DNA from: an uncultured bacterium | GTDB taxonomy: Bacteria > CSSED10-310 > CAZUFC01 | Direction of reading: 5' to 3' | Length of the DNA stretch: 64,000 nucleotides | Assembly: GCA_964619725.1 (NCBI GenBank) | Contig: CAZUFC010000022.1 | Coordinates: 1-64,000, forward strand | In this document: piece by piece, positions 9,702-21,465 of the stretch | Layout of the letters: every line of letters begins with the position of its first letter | Position numbering within the stretch: position 1 is the stretch's first letter | Notes under the pieces: generated by a model | Databases searched by the model: none | The model's input: the letters and a program-made list of their open reading frames with translations, nothing else | What the model was told of the DNA's origin: nothing | Position numbers and translations under genes: made by a program

Positions 9702-11054
9702 TTGAAGAGGATTTTATTAAGCTTTTTTATCAATATGTTTGCCGTTTTTGCGGTCGATTGGGCTACAGGAAAGGTTGAACCGCCGGAAAGGATCATCATT
9801 ATTACAATAGATACGCTTCGTAGCGATAGATTGAACGTATACGGAGACGGGTCGTATCTGACGCCCAACATCGACTGGCTGGCGGAACAGGGCGTCGTTT
9901 TTGAGCATTGCTATTCCCAGATTCCTCTTACAGGCCCCTGTCACATTTCTCTGATGACCTCCCTTTACGCCCACGAACATGGAGGAATACGCAACACATT
10001 CAGGGTTTCTCCCAATGCGATGACTTTACCCGAAATATTGTCTGAACACGGATATGAAACAGCCGCTTTCGTCAGCGGATGGACCCTGAAAGCCAGATTG
10101 AGCGGTTTGGACAGAGGATTCGCTCTGTATGACGATCACATGACGGACCGTTATAGAATGGTGAACACGCAACGATTCGCGGACGAAACCACGGATGCCG
10201 TTATTCAATGGCTGAAAAATAACGAAAGCAACCGCTATTTTCTCTGGGTTCACTATTTCGATCCTCATTCTCCTTATAAAACCTATAACCGATATCGGGG
10301 ATTCGCTGACGTCAAACCCTTTCAGAGGACACCGCAATATTCGGGGATGGAGCGGAATTACCGGACGGAGATAGCTTTTACGGACAGGCACCTGGGACGA
10401 TTTCTGACGGAACTGCAAAGGCTGAATCATTGGAAAGACTGCTTAATCGTCCTGACTTCGGACCACGGCGAGAGTTTCGGCGAACATAATTATATCGGGC
10501 ACGGACGAAGAGTATACCAGCCAGGCCTCTGCATTCCTTTAATCATCCGGACAGGCGATGACCGCATTATGAATAAAATCAGCAGCATGAAAACTCAAAT
10601 CGTCGATATCATGCCGACTGTCCTAGACCTCGCCGGCATTCCTCTTGACCTTGAAAAATGGAAAGGAGACAGTTTGACCCCCTGCCTTTACCTTAATCCC
10701 GAAAATCAAACTCTGCCCGAAAGAAAAATATTCTTCGAAACATATCCGGGCGCCCTTAAATTCGTACCCAGAAAATTGAAAAAAATGGTGAATGAATATC
10801 CCTCACGCGCCGGATTCATTTTAGGAGACCTCAAGCACATTTTGAACGTTTCATCCAGCGAACTTGAAATTTTTTTTCTCGACGAAGACCCTAGAGAGTT
10901 GTTAAATCATTCGCAAGATATGGAAAATAGCGACGGCATCAAAGCGATAATCGAAAATTGGTTTACAGCCCAGGGCGCCGCCAATGAATCCCTGGCTTCA
11001 GAACTGTCAGAAGAGGATATTCAAAAACTCAGACAATTGGGTTACATCGAATAA
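9702..11054 (+). CDS. Exported sulfatase-like hydrolase/transferase (alkaline phosphatase superfamily)
   Basis: ITIDTLRSD, PLTGPCH, WVHYFDPH, TSDHGE, C-terminal LRQLGYIE. Confidence 0.85.
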   Translation: MKRILLSFFINMFAVFAVDWATGKVEPPERIIIITIDTLRSDRLNVYGDGSYLTPNIDWLAEQGVVFEHCYSQIPLTGPCHISLMTSLYAHEHGGIRNTFRVSPNAMTLPEILSEHGYETAAFVSGWTLKARLSGLDRGFALYDDHMTDRYRMVNTQRFADETTDAVIQWLKNNESNRYFLWVHYFDPHSPYKTYNRYRGFADVKPFQRTPQYSGMERNYRTEIAFTDRHLGRFLTELQRLNHWKDCLIVLTSDHGESFGEHNYIGHGRRVYQPGLCIPLIIRTGDDRIMNKISSMKTQIVDIMPTVLDLAGIPLDLEKWKGDSLTPCLYLNPENQTLPERKIFFETYPGALKFVPRKLKKMVNEYPSRAGFILGDLKHILNVSSSELEIFFLDEDPRELLNHSQDMENSDGIKAIIENWFTAQGAANESLASELSEEDIQKLRQLGYIE

Positions 11055-11074
11055 ACACAAAAGAAATTCAAAGA

Positions 11075-13315
11075 TCAGGCTCCTTCTTCAGGTTTGATCA
11101 GACGTCCGTTAACATATCGTTCCTTGACCAGACGCAGATACAAAGAAGCCGGAGTCGCCTTCTCCAGGATAATTTCATACTGCTCGATCGCATCATTGAA
11201 CCGGCTTAAATGCTCATAAGCCTCGCCCAGATGCAATCGGGCGCGTAATTCATTCTCCTTCTCGGGTTGCCTCTCCAGATAACTTTTATAAAGTGCCGCT
11301 GCCTGTGAATATCTTTTGGTTTCTTCCAGAGCCAATCCGAAATTAAAGTAAAATTCAGCGAGATCTTTCTTGTTCGTTAAATTGTCTATCGACTCATACC
11401 CCTTATCGTAACTCCATAGCGCCTTCTCGAATTTCTCCTGACGGCTCAGTTCCAGAGCATGCGCAATCAGGCATTTAGTGTGGTAAAAAGAGTCCGGAGC
11501 GATAAAACCGAGTTCGTCAATCGCTTCTTCAAGCGGCCAGATTTCTCCCATTTGAAGATAGGCGTTTCCTAATCTGTAGAGTATCTCAGGCCGCATGGGA
11601 TGGTCCGCGGGTAAACTTTTGAGTTTTTCGAACGAATCGGCGGCCTTCTCCCATTTCCGCTCAACCTCGTAACGCAATCCCGACTTATAAATCGTCTGGA
11701 ATTCCTCATTACTGAATTTATTTTCGTTTGATGCTGTTTCTATAAAATCAGCTCTGTCCGCCTTAATTTTGGTGTCCTTCAAAAGTTCCCGCGAAGTATC
11801 CTCCACAAATTCCCCGAAATTCAGAAGAACAGCTATGACTACAATTACCGCAACGACGAGCAGGCCTATTTTAAGAGTTCTGGGGAACCTGTTCTTTTTT
11901 TCTGAAACCTTGTAGAGGGGAATGCGATTTTTCAGTTTTTCCGCGCCTTTGGGGAGTTTTTTGTTTTTTATGTTCATCAGGACATGGTCTCTGAGATCGC
12001 TTTCGCTTGATTTTTTTTCTTTTTTGCGTTTTTCGGTTGACGGCGTGAGTCCCTGGTTTCCGGATTTTTTTAATTTTCCGCCGAAAAAATCCGCCTGCCT
12101 GGAATACAGTAGATAGCGGTAGGGGTCTCGATTTTTTTTGGAGGCATCAATAAGGCATTTGATGACCTTCAGATCGGCGGGATTTTCTTTCAGTTTTTTT
12201 TCCAGGTTTCTGAGTTCAGCGGAGCCCATAAGATTAGGATAAAATTGAGCGGCTCGGCTGTATTTGGCCAGTTTTTCTTTTATGCGTTTATTCTGGGGCA
12301 GCAGGCAATGCGCTCTGTATAGGAACAGAACGGCTTCGGCGGATTTGCTTTTTTTATGTTTCAGCAAGGAAGCGGCCCGCGACAGATAATGCCGGACTCT
12401 TTTTTCTTTCAGGCTGATTTCAATGCTGTAAGGGTCTTCCAGAAAACGTTGGAATTTTTTACGATCATAGGAATCGTCGTATTTTTTCAATAGTTTTTTT
12501 GCCGCATCCAGCATTTCTTCAGCGGTTTGAAAACGTTCATCCGGGTTTTTCTTAAGCGATTTAAAAAGCATGTCATCCAGAAATTGGGGCAGACCTGGAT
12601 TATGTTGAAGAATAGAGGTATAGGGTTTATGGAGGATATTCATGAGCGTGCCGCTGGGATAATTGGCCAGGTAGGGATTGACGCCGGAAACAATTTCATA
12701 GAGGATAAGGCCGACGGAAAACAGATCGGAGCGTCTGTCCGCAGCTTCGCCCACAGCCTGTTCAGGCGCCATATAGGCGGGCGTGCCCAGCAGGGAGCCG
12801 GAATGAGTGAGTCTCGTCATATCGGAAACTTTGGAGACGCCGAAATCCGTAACCTTGATGTAACCGGAGGAATCCAGGAGCACATTGGAAGGCTTAAGGT
12901 CCCTGTGGATAATGCCTTCCTGATGCGCATAATGGATGCCTCTTAAGATTTCCGTGATGATGAAAAGCGACGTTTCGGGAGTCAGAGAGGTCCTGTTTTC
13001 CATCTGCAATTTCAGACTTCCGCCGGAGATATACTCCATGACCAGACAATACTGATCGTCATAGGAACCATAACTCACCAGACGAATGATGTTGGGATGA
13101 TCCAGTCTGGCGCTGGCCTTAATTTCATGAAAAAAACGATCAACGGCTTCCATGGACATGGAGCGGTCCGGCGTCAGCATTTTAACCGCATAAATCGTAT
13201 GGGTCTGACGGTCTCTGTATAGTTTGATTACCGACATGCCTCCCTCGCCCAAAGTCGATATGAGATCGCAGCGGTCCAGAAGACTGTGTAAGTTAGTGAA
13301 TTCCTTTTTTTTCAT
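11075..13315 (-). CDS. Membrane Hanks-type Ser/Thr protein kinase with C-terminal TPR repeats
   Basis: LGEGGMS, AVK, HRDLKPSN, DFG, GTPAYMAPE; TM segment IGLLVVAVIVVIAVLL; TPR-like helices. Confidence 0.9.
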   Translation of the reverse strand: MKKKEFTNLHSLLDRCDLISTLGEGGMSVIKLYRDRQTHTIYAVKMLTPDRSMSMEAVDRFFHEIKASARLDHPNIIRLVSYGSYDDQYCLVMEYISGGSLKLQMENRTSLTPETSLFIITEILRGIHYAHQEGIIHRDLKPSNVLLDSSGYIKVTDFGVSKVSDMTRLTHSGSLLGTPAYMAPEQAVGEAADRRSDLFSVGLILYEIVSGVNPYLANYPSGTLMNILHKPYTSILQHNPGLPQFLDDMLFKSLKKNPDERFQTAEEMLDAAKKLLKKYDDSYDRKKFQRFLEDPYSIEISLKEKRVRHYLSRAASLLKHKKSKSAEAVLFLYRAHCLLPQNKRIKEKLAKYSRAAQFYPNLMGSAELRNLEKKLKENPADLKVIKCLIDASKKNRDPYRYLLYSRQADFFGGKLKKSGNQGLTPSTEKRKKEKKSSESDLRDHVLMNIKNKKLPKGAEKLKNRIPLYKVSEKKNRFPRTLKIGLLVVAVIVVIAVLLNFGEFVEDTSRELLKDTKIKADRADFIETASNENKFSNEEFQTIYKSGLRYEVERKWEKAADSFEKLKSLPADHPMRPEILYRLGNAYLQMGEIWPLEEAIDELGFIAPDSFYHTKCLIAHALELSRQEKFEKALWSYDKGYESIDNLTNKKDLAEFYFNFGLALEETKRYSQAAALYKSYLERQPEKENELRARLHLGEAYEHLSRFNDAIEQYEIILEKATPASLYLRLVKERYVNGRLIKPEEGA

Positions 13316-13476
13316 TTTTTCTTCTTATAATCGATACAATTCAATCGAAGAACGAAATATCATAACCATCTTTCGTGCGGCCGCTGAACAAACTGAAGAG
13401 TATTGCAACGGATATTCCTCAGCCGCACCGGGGTTCCTCTCATCCCTCTTATCCATACCCTAAAGCGACTGTTTTT

Positions 13477-15006
13477 TCAAGAAATAACATCATTCTGCGG
13501 GATGGATCGACCTTTGCGAAAATGGAGGATCAGCAGCCATAGATAAAGGATAATGATTGGTACGCTTTTCTGAGACAGATATATAATTTCACGAATCCAG
13601 CTTCCCGTGCCGGTGTAAAGATAGTAAACGGAGGGAGCCGCCGCCAGGGCCCAGCACAGCATCACAACGCTGCGGGGAACGCTGGGAGCTTTTCGGAGCT
13701 TTGCCTCCGGCTGTTCATTATCCGCCCTGTCGGTTGCATCTCCGGAATTGACATCTATGCCCTCACATGCTTTCCAGTATAAAAGTCCGAAAAGGGGAAG
13801 CGCCACGACCAGATGATGTTCCCATACATGAGCGTAAGTAATGAAATAGGCTGTTATCCACAGACATAAGTTGTCTATTAAGTCGATTTTTCTGGGGTAA
13901 AATGTGGCGGCAAGAGCGCTAAGCATTATCAGCGCTACGGCAACCCGGAGCACGGCATCGGAAAAAAAGAAATGATTGAGAAGATTCTGAAAACAGAGGT
14001 TTCCTATATTCGTTACCAGTTCCTGTCCGAAAGCCCAGGAGACGAAAAGCCGGAAATCATCCGGTCTGGCCAGGAAATAGGGAACGGCCAACAGCGCCGA
14101 AACGGTTATCCCCGTCAGGATTGTTTTCCATTTTTTCAATCGGACGAAAAGAGGAACGAAAAGCAGCGTCAGGGGCTTTACGAGCAGACTGAGGGTCCAG
14201 GCTCCTGTGAGCAGCCGGTTTCTGTTCTTCATTATTCCATATGCCGTCAGCATAATGCAGGCGGCGATTAGAAAAGAAGTCTGTCCCATATACATTTCCA
14301 GATAGTATGGAGCGAACATTAGCCACATGCCTGCGACCGTCAGCCTTACGCTTGTTTTCGATGCGATTTTCCAGACGATGATGAGACATAACGCCAGAAC
14401 CAATTCATGAAAGACGGTCCATACGATGTAGGCGTGATAAGGTCCTAAATAGGACAGCGGCAATCCGAACAGGTAAATCATGGCCGGGAGATACCGGTTG
14501 GGCGGATGAAATGGGTCTACAGCGTTCAGTTCTTCGATTGCCCTCTTGGAGTCTCGCTCATTGTAATTCTGAAAAAGACTTAAATTGTAACGGAGGTCGC
14601 GACCCGCTCGCCATATCTGATAAAAATCGCCTCCAGGGTCCGTATTGTTCGCATCACGAACCAGAAGGTCCATCAGTTGATTGGTGGTTTTTCTGGGCGG
14701 AATGGACATGAATTTGCCCAATGCAGTCTTCCGCTTCTCTTCCCAGAATTTTTCCTCAAAATATCGAAATACCCCAGGCGTACGTAAACATTCTTCCGGC
14801 ACTACGCCCCGGTGCTTCTGTTCGTTTCCCGGAATCTTTACAGGCGCTATTTTGAATGATCCGTTCGCAGTTTTTATATCAAAATGACGGGCTATGGAAT
14901 AGAGAAAAAAAATGTGAATGATGACCGAGAGTATGAAAAATACCCAGACGCCGGCCGATGCTCGCTTTTGCTTCATGAGTGAGGTCTCCTCCATGCTTCT
15001 GCGCAT
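13477..15006 (-). CDS. GT87/DUF2029-like integral membrane glycosyltransferase
   Basis: DF..IWRAG, RYLP, MGQTS, LVKP, HVWEHH motifs with multiple TM helices. Confidence 0.75.
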   Translation of the reverse strand: MRRSMEETSLMKQKRASAGVWVFFILSVIIHIFFLYSIARHFDIKTANGSFKIAPVKIPGNEQKHRGVVPEECLRTPGVFRYFEEKFWEEKRKTALGKFMSIPPRKTTNQLMDLLVRDANNTDPGGDFYQIWRAGRDLRYNLSLFQNYNERDSKRAIEELNAVDPFHPPNRYLPAMIYLFGLPLSYLGPYHAYIVWTVFHELVLALCLIIVWKIASKTSVRLTVAGMWLMFAPYYLEMYMGQTSFLIAACIMLTAYGIMKNRNRLLTGAWTLSLLVKPLTLLFVPLFVRLKKWKTILTGITVSALLAVPYFLARPDDFRLFVSWAFGQELVTNIGNLCFQNLLNHFFFSDAVLRVAVALIMLSALAATFYPRKIDLIDNLCLWITAYFITYAHVWEHHLVVALPLFGLLYWKACEGIDVNSGDATDRADNEQPEAKLRKAPSVPRSVVMLCWALAAAPSVYYLYTGTGSWIREIIYLSQKSVPIIILYLWLLILHFRKGRSIPQNDVIS

Positions 15007-15063
15007 GCACGAAGCTGTTGGCAGGCTCGAAGATTACCATATTTTTTCATAAATGTCAGAAAG

Positions 15064-15101
15064 AAAAAAATCCTCCCCGAACAGAGGTTCGGGAAGGATT
15101 T
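15064..15101 (-). terminator. Intrinsic terminator of groESL
   Basis: AATCCTCCCCGAAC/GTTCGGGAAGGATT stem followed on the minus strand by a T7 tract. Confidence 0.8.
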
Positions 15102-15121
15102 GAATTTTCGGAATTCAGGAA

Positions 15122-16771
<1,650 letters not shown>

Positions 16772-16812
16772 TTAATTTAGGGTTTCTCGGTTTTTTGCCT
16801 CGCTCTTACCGA

Positions 16813-17103
16813 TCAGTCGGTTATTACGCCCAAAACGTCATCCTCGCGCATTATCAAATACTCTTCTCCGTCTATCTTTACTTCCGTACCTGCATACTTG
16901 CCGAATAATACGCTATCTCCTTCCTTCAACTCCATCGCTACCCGATTGCCCTCTGAATCTGTCTTGCCCGGTCCCGTCGCTATCACTTTGCCTTCCTGAG
17001 GCTTCTCCTTCGCCGTGTCAGGTATTACTATACCGCCCGGCGTCTTCTGTTCTTCCGATTCTATCCGCTTTACTAAAATTCTGTCCTGTAACGGTCGAAT
17101 CAT
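16813..17103 (-). CDS. groES: Co-chaperonin GroES
   Basis: [36 protein letters not shown]. Confidence 0.99.
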   Translation of the reverse strand: MIRPLQDRILVKRIESEEQKTPGGIVIPDTAKEKPQEGKVIATGPGKTDSEGNRVAMELKEGDSVLFGKYAGTEVKIDGEEYLIMREDDVLGVITD

Positions 17104-17227
17104 CTCTCATCAACCTCCTTACTCGAAAAGGTTATTGCTCCTGTTTTCTCTTTTCCCTTGTTAATACGTTCCTTTTTCATCTTTTGTTTCGCCGAGAACC
17201 GTCAGCGCCTGTTTTTAAGAAAACCTG

Positions 17228-17254
17228 TCAGCGCTCATCTCGGTTGAGTGATAA
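17228..17254 (-). promoter_or_regulatory. CIRCE-like HrcA operator upstream of groES
   Basis: Minus strand TTATCACTC-N9-GAGCGCTGA versus consensus TTAGCACTC-N9-GAGTGCTAA; directly downstream of TTGACA (17276-17281, minus). Confidence 0.75.
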
Positions 17255-17625
17255 TATTATTCAAAAAATTATTCTTGTCAAGGCGCAATAAGTTTCATTA
17301 ATTATATTTAGAGCTGCTTATAACTGAAATAAGCTTTTTTTTGTTTTTTATTAGAGTTATTCACTCTTTTTCGGGTTTTGTTGCTTTTGCTGCAAACCCC
17401 TGAAAAAAAATTCAGCCTATCAGGTCAACGATCTTAAGAAACGGAAATTCCGGCATCCGTTATTTACAATTTCAACGAAGGGATTTAATATTAGCTGTTG
17501 AAAGGCGAAAGACATGAAAAAAAACAAAGAGCCTTTCACGGGCACAAGCGGAGCCGTAAGGATAGGCGAGCGATGGGGGCTGCGAATATCATGATGCAGC
17601 TCATACATAAGAGCGGAGGAATAAT

Positions 17626-20319
17626 ATGAAAGACTTGAAATATTTCTTATACGTGGGGGTTTTGCTGTCGGCGACGGTTATAATTTGTTGCGGCGCAGGC
17701 GGGAGAAAAGCTGAGTCGGAGGAGGCCGTTTCACTGGGGGATGAATTGATTTTCGAGCGTGGTGATATGACGTTGACGATAGACCGTCACAAGGGTAAGG
17801 CGACGACATTTCATTTTGAGGATGAGGAGGACAAGGCGGATTTTTTAGCGCCGCGGGATCAGGCGGAGGAGAGATTGCTGGGGACGATATATTGTTCATA
17901 CAGGGCGGGTGAAGAGGAAGAGTGGACAATGATGAAGCCGGAGAATTTTCGAGTTGAGCATGAGGTTTCTTCCGGGGAGGATTTCGACAGTGTAACGTTC
18001 AATTTTGCATCTGACGAATCGCTGATGAAGTTCAATTCGACATTTTCTCTGGACGATGAGGGCGTTCTGTCCTGGGAGATAAGGGGAATCAATTCGAGTC
18101 GTCAGACGCTTGAGTTGGGCGAGTTGGGATTTCCGTTACCGTTCAACAACAATTATTATTCAGGATTCTCGCAGACGGATGAAGGGATGCGGCGATTGTT
18201 CGAGAGTCGATTTTACGTGAACCGGTTCATAGGCGGGAGTTCGTCCTACGTTTTGCTGAAGCGTTTGAATGCGGAATATCCGGCGTTATATATGCTGACG
18301 GGCAAGGGGACGTCCTTGGAGTTTTCGCATCAGTTGCTGGTGGGATGGGAAGGCATACCCTGCGTTTATGTGCATTCCGAGGCGGTGAAGGATCGTTACG
18401 GTATGCGTGAGGACTGGTTGAACGGTCACACCTCTTTGAGTCTTTCGGCGGGGGAATCGCGCACCTGGTCGTTGCGTTTTATTCCGATAAAGGTCAACAG
18501 CGGCCGTATCGGCAAATGGGAATTGGAGCAGAAGGTATTGGCGAACGTATTGACGAATAACGGGAAGATATGGATGCGGTCCTTTCCGGGGATGGTGGTT
18601 CCGACTGATTGTCCGGCAGTTGTTCAGGCCGTTTCTGCCGACCCTTTCCAGGATTTGAGCGTTGACGGGTCGGTCAAGATGGAGCATCTGGTGAATCAGC
18701 CTACATACAGGATAGTCCGGTTAATATTTGAAAAGCCGGGGTATTACGATCTTGAAGCGGCAGATGAGTCAGGCGAGACGTGCCGGATACATTTCAAAGC
18801 CGTCGAGCCTTTAAGGACTAAAATAGAAAAACGGGCGAAGTTCATAGCGGAGAAGCAGCTTTACCGGAATGAGGGGCATGTGCTGGATGGAGCGATTCTC
18901 GTTTACGACAATCAGGCGGAGCAGCCGCTGGTCGATCCTTCTTCCTACTGGGGCGGAGGAGGCTATGAAGGGGGCATAACGGACGCTCTGTTTCTGGCGG
19001 AAAAGAATGCGATTCATCCCGACAAGGAGCAGATAAAAGTTTTGGAGGAATATACGGACGATTTTTTAATGAACCGTTTGCAGAATCCCGGAACGTTTGA
19101 AGTGGCCTGGTTTTTTCTGCCGGGAAAAGTTCCTTACAAGATCGGGCGTCCGTACAATTATTGTCATGTACATAATTTTCATTATTCTATGTATAAGATC
19201 GGCAGGCGTTACGGATTACTGCACAACCATACGGCCAGGGAATACCTGGAATACGCGTACCGGACTGCGGAAAGGATGTTCATGGAAGGATGGTGGTGGC
19301 ACTTGTATCATGTGGGTTTCATGCATTACAGCACGCTTTATGACCTGACGGATGTTTTGCGCAAGGAAGGAATGGAACGCGAGGCGGACCGGCTGGAAGC
19401 GCTTCTGATTCACAGAGGAGAGACATTGTTGCAGCATGATTATCCATACAGCGCTGAGCCGTTATACGATACGACGGGATACGAGGACGTATATTTTACC
19501 GCAAAATATTTGAAGGAATTCGACATGGTGATCCAGACCGCCGAGTGCTCCATGGCGCAGAAGTCCTATGTTCCGACATGGTTCTGGTGCGGTTCGGACA
19601 AACGTTACTGGGACGCCATGGAGAACAATCCCGGCGGCGGATGGTACGGAACGGACCATGGAGAAACCGCCATGCACTATACGACGACTCAGACAGCCCT
19701 GATCGGACTGGACAAATTCGAGCATCCCAAATTTTTCCCGGAAGACGTATACTTTTACAAAAGTTATGCGGGGCTGCTGGGCGTATGGTCACTGGTGGAC
19801 GAAGAGGGAAAGGCATCCATGTGTTATACGCCGGATGCTTCATCGAATCATTACGGATACAACCGCTATTCCGGCGATTCAGGACTGGGATTATACGGTT
19901 ATCTGCGAGCGGCCGGCGCTTACGTGGACCTGATTCGAATCGGCAGTTCCCGGATAGAAGTGGGGTTCGGCTGCAGGATTTCGCAGGAAGGCGAGGGCAG
20001 GCTCCACGCCGTTATTGCAGACGGCATCAATAAAAGATTCCGGTATCCCCAATTCAATTTTTTTGCGGACACCGAAAAAACCGACCTTACAGAACTGACC
20101 ATGGAAAGAAACAGAACTTACGTCAGAATGACCCTGAAAAACCAACTCGGCGAAACCTTAATGGAAAACATCAGGATCAGGGGCTTCTGGGGAGAGGATT
20201 ACGTCGCGGATATTGACGGCGTTGAACAAAAAGGCTCGGTGCAAGACGGCGTACTCAGACACTCGCTGGAAGTTCCTCCCGAAAAATCCGTTACTGTAAC
20301 CTTCACTCGTACCGGATGA
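17626..20319 (+). CDS. Exported DUF5695-like protein (putative glycoside hydrolase)
   Basis: Signal/lipoprotein-like N-terminus; RPYNYCHV, YSAEPLYDTTG, PTWFWCG, SGDSGLGLYG motifs recalled from DUF5695. Confidence 0.65.
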   Translation: MKDLKYFLYVGVLLSATVIICCGAGGRKAESEEAVSLGDELIFERGDMTLTIDRHKGKATTFHFEDEEDKADFLAPRDQAEERLLGTIYCSYRAGEEEEWTMMKPENFRVEHEVSSGEDFDSVTFNFASDESLMKFNSTFSLDDEGVLSWEIRGINSSRQTLELGELGFPLPFNNNYYSGFSQTDEGMRRLFESRFYVNRFIGGSSSYVLLKRLNAEYPALYMLTGKGTSLEFSHQLLVGWEGIPCVYVHSEAVKDRYGMREDWLNGHTSLSLSAGESRTWSLRFIPIKVNSGRIGKWELEQKVLANVLTNNGKIWMRSFPGMVVPTDCPAVVQAVSADPFQDLSVDGSVKMEHLVNQPTYRIVRLIFEKPGYYDLEAADESGETCRIHFKAVEPLRTKIEKRAKFIAEKQLYRNEGHVLDGAILVYDNQAEQPLVDPSSYWGGGGYEGGITDALFLAEKNAIHPDKEQIKVLEEYTDDFLMNRLQNPGTFEVAWFFLPGKVPYKIGRPYNYCHVHNFHYSMYKIGRRYGLLHNHTAREYLEYAYRTAERMFMEGWWWHLYHVGFMHYSTLYDLTDVLRKEGMEREADRLEALLIHRGETLLQHDYPYSAEPLYDTTGYEDVYFTAKYLKEFDMVIQTAECSMAQKSYVPTWFWCGSDKRYWDAMENNPGGGWYGTDHGETAMHYTTTQTALIGLDKFEHPKFFPEDVYFYKSYAGLLGVWSLVDEEGKASMCYTPDASSNHYGYNRYSGDSGLGLYGYLRAAGAYVDLIRIGSSRIEVGFGCRISQEGEGRLHAVIADGINKRFRYPQFNFFADTEKTDLTELTMERNRTYVRMTLKNQLGETLMENIRIRGFWGEDYVADIDGVEQKGSVQDGVLRHSLEVPPEKSVTVTFTRTG

Positions 20320-20457
20320 TTGAATCGGGCTGCAGCGCGGCCTGTTTTCGAGCGGCGATTCCGGTTGTTGATTTGATTCAAATGTTTATTTAGGTTAAAA
20401 TAACTTGCTTTTCTCGCTTCGGGGAATGCAAAATGAATTACAACGATGGAGGAAAAC

Positions 20458-21429
20458 ATGGCCGGCAAAGATTACTATAAAATTTTGGGAGTGCCCCGCA
20501 GCGCCGGTAAAGACGATATCAGGAAAGCGTATCGAAAACTGGCGATGAAATATCACCCCGATCGCAATAAAGGAAATAAGCAGGCGGAAGAGAAATTCAA
20601 GGACATAAATGAGGCTTACGCTGTTTTGCATGACGACGAAAAGCGCAAGCAATACGATAATTTCGGCGCTGAGGGATTCAGCAACAAATACAGCCGGGAA
20701 GACATCTTCCGGAACGCAGACCTGGGTTCCATATTCGAGGAAATGGGACTAGGCGGAGATATTTTTGAATCACTCTTCGGGTCCTTCGGAAAACGTTCCC
20801 GGCCCGGAGGAAAATCTTCTTACAGGCGCCGGACGACTCGCCCCGGCCCGGACTTTTCTGGATTCGGTGGTTTCGAAGGCTTTCCTGGCGCTCAGACGGC
20901 TCAGCCCATGAAGGGACAGGATTTAACCAGTGAAGTGAAAATACCCTTTCGGGAAGCCGCCCTGGGCGGTAAAAGGACTTTTCGCTTCGCCGTGAACGGC
21001 GGACAAAAACAAATTTCCGTCACTATACCTCCGGGAATAGAAACAGGGCAAAAACTGAGAATAGCAGGCAAGGGCATGCCCGCTCCTCAGGGCGGTCAAC
21101 CCGGAGACCTTTACCTTCAAATACAGGTCATGCCCGATCCCGTCTTCAAAAAAGAAAACGACAACATCATTGTGCAGGCTCACGTCAAACCTTCCCAGGC
21201 CGTACTGGGGGGTTGCGTCGACATAACGACCCTGGAAGGCGACAAAAAGAAAGTTAAAATACCAACGGGAACCCAGAATGATACTAAATTAAGATTAAGA
21301 GGCTTGGGAATCAGGAAAAAAAACGGAGAACGAGGCGATCTTATGGTCAACGTGCATGTGGACCTGCCCAAAAAACCGACTCCTGAAGTCAAAAAAATCT
21401 TTCAGCAACTCGAGAATCTCGGATGGTGA
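20458..21429 (+). CDS. Class B J-domain chaperone (CbpA/DnaJ-like, no zinc finger)
   Basis: [14 protein letters not shown]-rich linker, DnaJ_C repeats; no CxxCxGxG; RBS GGAGG before ATG 20458. Confidence 0.92.
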   Translation: MAGKDYYKILGVPRSAGKDDIRKAYRKLAMKYHPDRNKGNKQAEEKFKDINEAYAVLHDDEKRKQYDNFGAEGFSNKYSREDIFRNADLGSIFEEMGLGGDIFESLFGSFGKRSRPGGKSSYRRRTTRPGPDFSGFGGFEGFPGAQTAQPMKGQDLTSEVKIPFREAALGGKRTFRFAVNGGQKQISVTIPPGIETGQKLRIAGKGMPAPQGGQPGDLYLQIQVMPDPVFKKENDNIIVQAHVKPSQAVLGGCVDITTLEGDKKKVKIPTGTQNDTKLRLRGLGIRKKNGERGDLMVNVHVDLPKKPTPEVKKIFQQLENLGW

Positions 21430-21465
21430 GTCTGGAAGCCTGATTATCCCAAAGGCGGATGAAAA

